This document shows, in pieces, positions 31,547 to 41,434 of a stretch of 64,000 nt of DNA (position 1 is its first letter; each line of letters opens with the position of its first letter). This stretch comes from Caecitellus pseudoparvulus. Its lineage: Eukaryota > Protista > Bigyra: Bicosoecida. Location of the stretch: contig CBFFRQ010000018.1 in assembly GCA_965644315.1 (NCBI GenBank), forward strand, positions 930,001-994,000, written 5' to 3'. Below the pieces are notes generated by a model. It was not told where the DNA came from. It ran no database searches and saw only the letters and a list, made by a program, of their open reading frames with translations. The position numbers were made by a program, and so were the translations under genes.

Positions 31547-32974
31547 ATGGCAGCTAGTGCCGCATCTGAGCGGGTTTCCTTGCCAGAGTCGCCAGCTGAC
31601 GAGGCTGGCGCTGTCGCAGCGGCTCTGGCTGGCGCAGACACCTCCCGGAGCTTCGCCGAGACCCTTGTGGAAGCAGACAGCCTGAAAGCACTGCGAGGTG
31701 AATTCCACTTCCCTCCAACAGAGCCGGGATGCAAGATCCGCAGTGCTGAGGCCCCTAGCGTGTACCTCTGCGGCAACAGCCTTGGTCTGCAGCCCAAGGC
31801 GGTGGAGGCTGAGCTGCTCGGCGAGCTGGAGAAGTGGAAGCAGTACGGCGTGGAAGGGCACTTCAAGCCAGAGCAGCCGTGGGTAACCGTAGAGGAGACC
31901 GTACACGAGGCTTCTGCGCGCCTGGTGGGAGCCAAGCCCTTGGAAGTGGCCGTTATGAACAGCCTCACCACCAACCTGCACCTGCTCATGGTTCCGTTCT
32001 ACCGGCCAACAGCGACCCGCCACAAAATCATCATTGAAGGGAAATCGTTCCCCTCTGACTACTATGCGGTGGAGTCCCAGATCAAGTTCCATGGCTTCGA
32101 CCCCGCGACGTCCCTGGTGGAGATCATGCCGAGCACAGGAGCGAGCTCGGAGGCCGCCGGCAAGGCCGCCGAGACCTTGACAACCCAGCACATCATCGAC
32201 ACAATTAACGAGCATGGCGACAGCGTGGCTTTGGTCATGATCTCGGGAGTGCAGTACTATACAGGACAAGCGTTTGACTTGGGCGCCATCGCGGCAGCAG
32301 CGAAGGCAGTCGGCGCCATGGTGGGCTTCGACTGCGCCCATGCTGTCGGCAACGTCCCCCTGCACCTGCATGACTGGGGTGTGGATTTCGCAGTGTGGTG
32401 CACGTACAAGTACCTGAACTCTGGCCCTGGCAACATCGGCGGCGCGTTCGTGCACGAAGTCCACGCACTTGACACTGACAGACCTCGCTTCGCTGGCTGG
32501 TGGGGCCACAACAAGAGCGACCGCTTTGACATGCACCACTCGTTCAACCCTACCCCGGGTGCCTTTGGCTTCCAGCTGAGCAATCCCCCCGTGCTCTGCT
32601 GTGCGTCTCTGCGAGCGTCCCTGAGGCTGTTTGATCGTGCAGGAGGGGTCCCAGCGCTGAGGGCCAAGAGCATCGTGCTGACTGGGTACCTCGAGTGGCT
32701 CCTGCAGAACGACCCGATCCTGGCAGAGGAAGTGGACATCCTTACCCCAAGCAGCCCTGGCGATCGTGGTGCGCAGCTGTCGCTGGTGTTCAAGCGCCCT
32801 GTCAAGGAGGTGGCGAGCGCTCTGTCCGCTGAAAGCGTCATCGTGGACACCCGTGAGCCCTTCGCGATGCGGGTCGCGCCGGCGCCCCTGTACAACAACG
32901 CCCTTGACGTGTGGGAGTTCGCCACGACCCTGCGGACCGTGTTGGAGGGCCTCCGGAGCGAGACGGCGCAGTAG
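31547..32974 (+). CDS. KYNU: Kynureninase (PLP-dependent)
   Basis: YLCGNSLGLQPK, MNSLTTNLHLLMV, FPSDYYAVESQ, FDCAHAVGNVPLHLHDWGVDFAVWCTYKYLNSGPG, RFAGWWGH, SNPP. Confidence 0.97.
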   Translation: MAASAASERVSLPESPADEAGAVAAALAGADTSRSFAETLVEADSLKALRGEFHFPPTEPGCKIRSAEAPSVYLCGNSLGLQPKAVEAELLGELEKWKQYGVEGHFKPEQPWVTVEETVHEASARLVGAKPLEVAVMNSLTTNLHLLMVPFYRPTATRHKIIIEGKSFPSDYYAVESQIKFHGFDPATSLVEIMPSTGASSEAAGKAAETLTTQHIIDTINEHGDSVALVMISGVQYYTGQAFDLGAIAAAAKAVGAMVGFDCAHAVGNVPLHLHDWGVDFAVWCTYKYLNSGPGNIGGAFVHEVHALDTDRPRFAGWWGHNKSDRFDMHHSFNPTPGAFGFQLSNPPVLCCASLRASLRLFDRAGGVPALRAKSIVLTGYLEWLLQNDPILAEEVDILTPSSPGDRGAQLSLVFKRPVKEVASALSAESVIVDTREPFAMRVAPAPLYNNALDVWEFATTLRTVLEGLRSETAQ

Positions 32975-32983
32975 GCACGCTGC

Positions 32984-32991
32984 AATGCATT
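32984..32991. terminator. Palindromic AATGCATT between convergent stops (candidate bidirectional poly(A) signal)
   Basis: Lies in the 16-nt gap between the KYNU TAG and the SET-gene TGA; the same motif recurs at most gene 3' ends. Confidence 0.5.
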
Positions 32992-35900
32992 CAGGGAGCA
33001 GACACGTGCGCCAGCCAGGCGTGGAGGAGACGCTTCTCGCCGAGCCGGAACTGCACGATTGACGCATTAACATTAATGAACGTGTTTGATTCACCTCCCG
33101 ATAGCATGGAGGTCAACAAAGCTTCGTCTTGCTCCACAGTGGTGGGGTACTGGGCCAGGTGACGCTGCGCGACCTCCACAAGCGCTTCAACAGCTCCCTC
33201 TTCATTCGTGTCGAGAGCTTGCAATGCGTATGACATGGCACTGTCGGGCACCCCAAAGGCGTTGGAGGAGTCGGTGCGAGCGCTGCCACTCGGCGGGTAC
33301 AGGCAAACAGGCAGAGTGGCAGGCCATCGCAACTTCTGCACACGCTCAGCCGCTGCTGGGTCGATGCTCGCAACATCCAGCACAACCTCCACGCAGTCAT
33401 GTGAGTTGGGCTGCATGGAGAAGCCGTGGTATGCAAAGTAAATGTGGTTGGGCTGGCCATAGTTCTCCCAGAGCTGCGAGCCCTTCGGGAAGTGCCAGCC
33501 TGCCCTAGTCACGGCATTCAGCCCAGCATCATCCAAGCCGGTGCTATGCACTCGGCGGGCATCTGGCCCTTCCTTGCAATTGATGAGGTCCAACAACGGG
33601 ACCAGGTGGCGTTGGCTGTCCCACCAAATACTGCGAGAATCAAGGATCGCAGTCGCCCACACATAGTTGCTCAACGTAAATACCTGCGGTGGCCGGGGGA
33701 TGCGGGTGTGTTTGCTGGTGCATGGTGCGGGGTGCGACAAGCAGAGCGCGGTCAGGCGCTCAGACATCCAAGGAAGAAAACGATCAGCAATGCCGGCTGG
33801 CAGGCCGCACATCTCAACAAAGAGTGGAATAAATATCGTCACCGCGCGCAAACACACTCGGCTGCGACGCTTGAAGCACGCGACTCACATTAGGGTTGAA
33901 CACTTCTGGGTATGCTGAAAAGACTGCTTTCTGGACGCCACTGAACTTGCGCAGGATGCTTCGCCTACTCTCTTGCACACTTGACAGAACGTGGCTGCCG
34001 GTCAGCATGTTTAACTGTTCGTCATCGTAAAACAGAGGGAAGCCCATCTGGGCAGACGTAGGCAGCGTTGCGAGGTACGGTGCCCAGGCAGAGTCCTCGC
34101 CGCGGACGAAAGTTTCGTACATGAGATGGAAGAGGAGCTGATGAAAGTCGTCTCCCCTTGGAAAGCGCTTGTTTAAGTCGTCAAACACAGGCTTCAAGGT
34201 CGGGCACCGCGACGCCGACTGAAGAGACATGATGGCTGCAGAGGGTACAGACAGGTACACCTCACCTGGCGCAATATCCTGCGCCGCAACAACTCCAAGT
34301 CGCATTCCGTCCCCAACGACGGCTGCCTTGATAGCTGCCACGGGGGGGCTGAAAGAGTCAAACCAGTCGTTGAATGCGTCTACAATGGTACTCAAGGCAT
34401 TCGCCGTGGCTTCCGAGGAATCGCTGGGAGAGGCAAGAGCGCTGGAGGGCACAGGAATTGCCTCGTGCCCAGGTGAGAAGGGTGTCATGCTCTCTTCGCT
34501 CCCACGGCCCACGACGGACGCTGGTTTTGAGTCGCCACCAGCATCCACAGCGACCTCGGCAGTCGCAGGACCGCCATGCCGCGCATTAAGACGGGAGGCC
34601 CGCGAAGCCCGGCGTGCTGCACTGTCTTGTCCACCACTTGGCGGCAGCCCGGCACCATCGGCCTCTCCCAGCTGCAAAGCAAGATCGGCCAGCAGGGCAT
34701 CCAGCACACGGCGCTTGGCAAGAGCAAACTTGGCTGCGATGAAGCCTTGTAAGGCGGCCTTCGTTTCCTCTGCAACAGCATCACCAGGTGACAATGTCAG
34801 CAGTTCGGACTCTGCCGCTTGAGCTGGTGCCTGGGCAGACTGCACCCGGGCTTCCAGCTGCTGAACGTCGGGCAAGTTCTGCACAGCCCTGGACAGAACA
34901 GTGCGAACACCTCGCAGTAGACTGGCCCCTGGGGGTCCTTCGCCAAAGCAAGCGCGCATGGCTGCATGGGAAGCAGGGTTCCTGATGAACTTGGCGCATT
35001 TGGTCAGTTGAGGACCACTTGCACGCATCGAGTGCACCACCTGGAGCACGACAGCGGGCAGTGGCTTGCCTGGAATGAGGCACATCTCACGCCAAGCAGC
35101 TTTGTGGTGCTGCAAGAGGGCCCGAATTAGGGCTTGCTTTCGCTCAGGGTGCCCGCGTTTGCGCAGGGAGGTGCCTGAGGGAATGGGGAACTCCCAGCAG
35201 GCAAAAGGATTCACATCCGGTACGAAGCCGTGGTACTGAAGGTACACATCATTGCCGTTGTCACCGTAGTCCTCGGCGAGTTGGTCGCCAGCCTGAGCTA
35301 CCCTGTCGGCCAGCACAGTAAAATGAGTGTCAGAGACACGGTGGTAGTGCAAAAAGTGAGAGCCCAAGTCTGAGTCTCGCAGGTTTGCGTGTGGGGCGTA
35401 GTTGAAGAAGTCCGCGAAGGGCACCAAGAACTTCTTCCCATGCATAGTGAGCGCCCTGGAGCTGACGATGGAGTGCGCCCATAGCCAGGCATCCTCAGCC
35501 TCAGACACAGCCGAGTACTGCCCATGGAGGAGTGGCTCCAGCTGCGGCCACAGGCGCTCGAAGCTAGCATGCACTTGGCCCAGGCGCCTCCGGCTTGTTG
35601 AGGATATGGACTCATCATGCAGACTCTCCAAGGCCGCTGAAGTCCACCAAAGTGTCACGGGGACATGTGCAGGCAAGACCTGGGTCGAGGGCAAGGCAGA
35701 GGAGGTGTGCGAGAGCCAGTGGACGCGGAACGCCACCAACACTCACTCGCAGATACGCATGCCAAGGGGAAGCCTTGCCCGCACTCAGCTGCAGCATCAA
35801 GAATGCAGCCATTCGATCCTCGCCATCTGGAATGCCCATGACGAGGTCCCTTGCCTTCCCGTCGAGAGCGTTGTACATGCTGGTGTCTGAAATGACTGCT

Positions 35901-36255
35901 GACAACGGAACTTGCAACACTTGCAGACCGTCGTACGTGGCACCGGAGGCGACAAGCCCGATTCCCATCCCATCAAAGTGCTGCAACGATACGTTTGTTG
36001 CAACGCCTGCACAGCGAGCGAGCGCAGGTGGGGGTGTGGCATTGCAGTGGCGTGCCGTTTGAATGCATGCGTTTCGCCCTGTGCCCCTGCGCCATCGTTT
36101 CCGTTCGGGGGCCGCTGGAAGACCCAACACGCACCTCCTTGCGCGGAAAACCATGACTGGAAGCTTTCCAAGTCTTCCTGTACCTGTGCTGCTGTGGCGA
36201 GCCCGAGCCATGCAGCACAGAGTACCCATGCGGCACCAGCCGCACACAGCCTCAT
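32991..36255 (-). CDS. Signal-peptide-bearing tandem SET-domain (Rubisco LSMT/SETD3-like) protein, exons 36255-36135, 36006-35747, 35679-33889, 33683-32991
   Basis: Unit 1 GMGIGLVA..SPWHAYLRVLP..WAHSIVSSRA..LVPFADFFNY..EDYG..YLQYHGF; unit 2 GMRLGVVAAQDI..SAWAPYLATLP..WATAILDSRS..LVPLLDLINC..ENYG..YFAYHGF, followed by YPTTVEQD..FRLGEKRLL. Confidence 0.82.
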
Positions 36256-36600
36256 GTCAGCATTGGCTGACAGCCTGTGCCAACAACCGGCGACACTGTG
36301 CTGCGTTCTCCTCCTCGCAACACCCACGTACGTGACGAGGTTTAGTGTGTATTTGGATTTGCCCCGCGCAGGGCAAGTGCTGTGCACTGCACCCCCACTG
36401 GCCCTGCCACGTGACGGGGGGGGTTCAGGGCATGCACGGCCAGGCCACAAGATGCACCCAGCGGTGCCCAGCCACATCTGAAACCAGGCATGTACCGGTG
36501 TTCACTGATGCTGTTCTCGTGGGCAACACCTGCGAGGGACCTGCTGCTTCGGCACGGGCAGTGGATCGGTGAGACGCGTGTGCGGAACTAGCAAACAGCC

Positions 36601-37629
36601 ATGGCTGGAGCTGAAAAGGCCGGGAAGTACACAGGCCTCATGGCCGCAGCCGCCTATGGCGTCTGCTCCATGACAATCGTCCTCTTCAACAAGGCTGTCA
36701 TGTCCGTGTATGGGTTCTCATACCCTCAGGTGCTCACGCTGCTGCAGAGCATCGTGACGCTGGTGTGCATGCTGGCCTTGCGGCAGGTGGGCATCCTGAA
36801 GTTCCCAAACTTGACGTGGGACATCGCCAAGCGCGTTGCGCCGTTGAGCATGGTGTTTCTCTTCTATGTGGTGGTGTCTCTGGCATCCCTTGGGCGCGTG
36901 AACATTCCCATGTTCACCGCGCTGCGCCGCACCACCATCGTCATGGTCATGATCGAGGAGTACTTGCTGTACGGCAAGACGCAGAACAAGGCAATTCTGG
37001 CCACCGTTGTGGTCATGGTGGTCGGCGCCGTTATCGCTGCGAGCAAGGACTTGACGTACGACCCCATCTCCTACATCATGCTGTTCCTCACCAACCTTGC
37101 AACGTCGCTGTACACTGTGAGCATCGCCGGGGTGAAGAAGCAGGGCAACATGTCGGCACATGCCTTGTTGTTCTACAACACCGTCCTGACTGTGCCTGTG
37201 CTGGCTATTCTGGCCATCGTCACCGGCGAGGTTGAGGCTGCCATGAACCTGTTCGAGTTCTGGGGTGATGCGAACTTCCTGCTCTGCTTCTTCTTCTCAT
37301 GCACCTTGGCTTTCTTCATGAACTTCGCCGTGTACTTGTCCACTTCTCTGAATGGCCCAGCCGTCCAGACCGTCGTGGGCCAGCTGAAGAACTTTGCTGG
37401 GTTCATCCTGGGCCTCGCGCTGTTTGATGATTACGTGTACCACCCAGTCAACTTTTTCGGACTCTGCATTGGCTTTCTTGGCGGCGTGGCCTTCTCCATT
37501 GTCACCATGCAGCAGAAGAAAGCTGCGAACGCCGCCGGAGAGGACAAGCCCTCCACGGCATCTGCAGTCGCAGCCGCGCTGGACAAGGAGTCTGCAGGGC
37601 AGCACGCCACAAAGGATGCGGACGTGTAA
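36601..37629 (+). CDS. Nucleotide-sugar transporter (SLC35D/GONST-like, TPT superfamily)
   Basis: About 10 hydrophobic helices; IVLFNKAVMS.YGF, VNIPMFTALRRTT, LLFYN, TVVGQLKN. Confidence 0.88.
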   Translation: MAGAEKAGKYTGLMAAAAYGVCSMTIVLFNKAVMSVYGFSYPQVLTLLQSIVTLVCMLALRQVGILKFPNLTWDIAKRVAPLSMVFLFYVVVSLASLGRVNIPMFTALRRTTIVMVMIEEYLLYGKTQNKAILATVVVMVVGAVIAASKDLTYDPISYIMLFLTNLATSLYTVSIAGVKKQGNMSAHALLFYNTVLTVPVLAILAIVTGEVEAAMNLFEFWGDANFLLCFFFSCTLAFFMNFAVYLSTSLNGPAVQTVVGQLKNFAGFILGLALFDDYVYHPVNFFGLCIGFLGGVAFSIVTMQQKKAANAAGEDKPSTASAVAAALDKESAGQHATKDADV

Positions 37630-37683
37630 AGCACGTTCAGCCCTTGCCTGGTTCGCATGTGCCTGTCCAATGCATGCTGTGTC

Positions 37684-40600
37684 CTAGTCTGAGTCGTCTG
37701 ACGTCAACTCTTCTGGTTCGTCGCCCTGCTGCCCAGTGGCCGCCCGGGCAGGGCCGACCCCGGCCTCCTTGCGCTGCACTGCAGCTTCGACAGACCACGC
37801 CGCCAGGTCGCTGCGGGTGACCATGCCGACGACATCCCTGTAGTCATTCACAACCATCAAATGTCGCAAACCTAACCCTCGAAGCAGGTGGAAAGCACGG
37901 GTGATGGGAGCACACGCATGCACCGTGTGCGGTGTGGGGTTCATGTACGGCCGCAAGTCAACGAAGCACCCGTAGTGCTCCCGCGGGACCGCGCGCAGCG
38001 CACGAAGGGAGGGATACCGGGGGTAGTGCTCCTCAAAGTCGCTCCAGGACAGCAGTGGGGCTCCTGTGTACCCCTTTGCTGGGGCTGCAAACAGGTCCAA
38101 GCGCTCAGAGTCCGGCACGCTCACCATTTGTTGCAGGGTGTGCAACGAATGCACCTGCCGCCCGCCTTGGGAGGGGGGCGCCGTCGAGGTCCCCCAATCC
38201 TGTGTGGACACCGAGTGCGCAATGCGGTTGAGAGCCACTGAGTGTAGCAGAGCGCCATTCGCCATGAAATGGTCGGCGCCGTTGAGGCTGGCACTGCTGC
38301 CCTCCCTGCCCTGCACGCCAAGCCGTTGGGTCACAGGGACACCGTACAGGGAATGGTCCGATGCCTGCTTCGGGAGCATGGAAGCCGCACCGCCTGGCGC
38401 AACATCTTCGTCCCTCAGCACGTCTGCCGTGGGCGAAGCCTCATCTGAGCCGGCTGGCGCCGCGGCCGCCGTCGAAGCGGCTACCGGCGCCTTGTGCTGC
38501 AGGGGTCTTGCAGGCACCTGCATGGTGGATAGCTGCCCAGTAGATGCAGCGGCCTTCAACTTGTGGGGCATGGCCGAAGGTCGGCTCTTGCCGTCACCGT
38601 CGCCCCTTCGCTTCACAGGGCTCAAGGCTGGTGGGTGTACTCCGTCACTGTCCGCTGCAGTGTACGCGGGTGGTGCGTTGAAAAAGTACGCCCGGCGCGC
38701 AAGGAGCACTGACAGATGCTTACGCTGGATGATGCCAGCCACGGACCCCAAGCGCGGGTGTGCTGCCATGACGTCTTGGGCAAACACGACTGGGAAAGCG
38801 TGGTGGGTTGTGCCCCGCAGAACAGCCAACACCTGCTCCACCGTTTCCACGTCGCGCAAGACGACCACCGGCGCTGCCATGACATCAGCCACCATCAGGC
38901 GGTGTGCTAGGCGCTTTGGCAGCTTCTCTTCCAGCAGAGGCCACCGCTTTAGGTGAATGTGGATGTCGTAGAGGCCCTCATTGAAGATGTTGCCCATAAA
39001 GCGGGCTGCCATGAGCGTGAGCATGAGCGGCAGGCCGTACTGCAAGTCGCCGGTGGCTTCGATCAGCACGACAGCTAAGGAGATTGTCAGCCTGGCCATG
39101 CCGCCCAGCACGCTCGCAGCTCCGATCAAGCTGTAAGTGCCCGCGTCAACCACGGCTCTCCCTGCTACATGGTTGATCAGTTGCCCCACAAATCTGCCCA
39201 GGGCGGAGCCCCCCAAGAGACAGGGGATGAAGAGGCCAGACGCCACAGAAGACCCGTATGTTATGCACGTCAGGGCTGTGTACAAGAAGAAGAAAGCCAC
39301 CAGGGGGACCATGTCGAAGTCAGAGTCTTGGTCGAAGTGGAAAAGCTGCTTGATCGCAGACTCCGCTGGCGCGAAGAAGTACGTGGCCACAGGGTTGTAG
39401 TGGCCATCGGGGCAATAGAATTGGGCAAGGTCCTCCTCGTACTCCTTGGTTTTGGAGGCGGCCGGCACGGGGACGCAGCGGCCCATGGCGATGGGCACAC
39501 CGAAAGACACGCCAGCCACCAGTGTGGCGATGGCCAGCACTTCCAGCATGCGCAGGTGCCGGAAGGGGTGCACGTACTTCATGCGGGCCACTGTGATGAG
39601 TTTGTTTACCCAGTTGAACAGAGCGCCGTAGGCACCACCCAAGCACCCCATGGCTACAAAGACGGGCAACTCCCACGCCACCCACGGGTCCACTTGGTCT
39701 GCAGTGAAGCCCCCGAAGGAGAACAGCCCCCGTTGGTTCAGCTTTCCCCAAATCCCGCCCGGAGCCACACCTGGCGCCGAGAGGAAGAGGTCCAACACAT
39801 ACGTGGACACCACGGCACAGAAGAAGGAGCGCCACGTGAGGCTCTGGCTCCAGAAAGACGCCCCCTCTTCCAACGCGAACATTACGCCACCAATGGGCGC
39901 CCCGAAGGCTGCTGCGACACCCGCAGCTGATCCAGACGTGATGAAATCCCGCTTTTCCTTGTCGTTGCGGAAGGCGGGGAACTTCAGCCAGGGCGTGCGC
40001 ATGCCGCACACCTTGCTCTTCCCCTGCGACACGCCTGCAGCGACACCTGCCCCTGAGTGAATCATGGGGCCCTCCTTCCCCACTGGCAACCCCGACGCAA
40101 CCGCAAACACGATGCTGGCGACCTTTGCCGCGATCGTCTTGAGCCGTGTGGCTCGAGGGATGCGCACGCCGTTCAGGATGCACTTGATTTCAGAGATGCC
40201 GCTACCTTGCGCCATGGGTTCCAGAAACGTGACGAACGACGAGGCAATGGCGGCGAAGACCAGCACAAATGCAAGGTATACGGTGAAGGCAATGCCGTGG
40301 CTCAGTTTCCCATTCCGCTCATCCTGGATGAGACTATTCACTGTGTCAAACTTCACGCGGGTTAGGCGGCGAGCTGCCACTGTGATGGCTACAGCCACAA
40401 GTGCAGTCACCACTGCAACGATGAAGATAAAGATCCACCTCACCACAGCCCGCATTTTGAAGGAACAGACAGATCCGCTTAGGGCGTGCTTTGTGTTCAC
40501 CTGCACAACACACAGCAGTGCGAGCGTGCGCCAGGGCTGCCGCGCTGAGGGGTTCTTCGCACGAGCGTAAAATGAGCCAGGCACAACAGACATCGCCTTG

Positions 40601-40940
40601 AGCAAAGGTATTTCTTTGGCATTGACACCAGGGGCGGGGGGGGTGCCCTCGCCCATCCCCGCATTTCCACGGCTTCGAAGGTGAGCCGGGCTTGGGCCGG
40701 CCCCAAGCAAATTCCGCTGGCTCCGGCACTCACAAACGACTCGAAAACGTCGAAGTCATAGGATTGAATACTCTGGCCAAAGTCTTTGCCACCCTTTCCT
40801 TTCCCAGCCCTGACAGCTGTGCCTATCGTTGCCTTCTTCACCACGCTGGCCCATGGCTTTGCCGCCTGGCCGCCAACCTCCTCGGCAGGGCTGGCTTGCG
40901 AGGCAGCCAGCAGCGGCTTCCGCAGCCCGGAAGCCGCCAT
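37684..40940 (-). CDS. CLCN7: CLC chloride channel / 2Cl-/H+ exchanger (CLC-6/7-like) with CBS domains (exons 40940-40734, 40500-37684)
   Basis: GSGISE, GKEGPMIH (gating Glu), AGVAAAFGAPIGGVMFALEEG (proton Glu), GLFIP, EGLYDIHI; CBS1 HHAFPVV; CBS2 DLRPYMNPTP..GLRHLMVV. Confidence 0.92.
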
Positions 40941-41434
40941 GGCTTGCGGATCCACAGCAGCAGAGACGGCAGTCTTGCTTGCATAGTCCCGCTTCCAGGT
41001 TTCATCGCAGGTTCGATTTGTATGTGGATTTTGCACCGCATGGTAGGCTGGTGGAGTTGCAGCACAAGTCCTTCGTGCCACACAATTCCACCAGCCCACA
41101 ACAGCACATGCAGGGTGTGGTAGGATTCTGAGGATGGGCGTTATTCCTTCGTCCCCGGAACGCGCTGAGCACGTCGCAGGCAAAGCGAGTGCAGCGGCTA
41201 GTGACTGGAGGCGTCAGACTGCACCAGCTCAGCTGCCTCAAAGAGGTTGAGAGCTTTCCGACAGGCCAAAGGCGGCTCCGGGCGCATGAGAAGGCGAACG
41301 TGGCCTATCCCTAGCTAATCCTCCTGTCCACGCTTCAAATTGGCGTGAGCGCCCCTGGGACGACAGCAGACGGCCCCTGGAGGCACCTGGAGCAGGCCTC
41401 CGTTTCGTAGGCGTTTCAACACGCCCGCTCTGCA

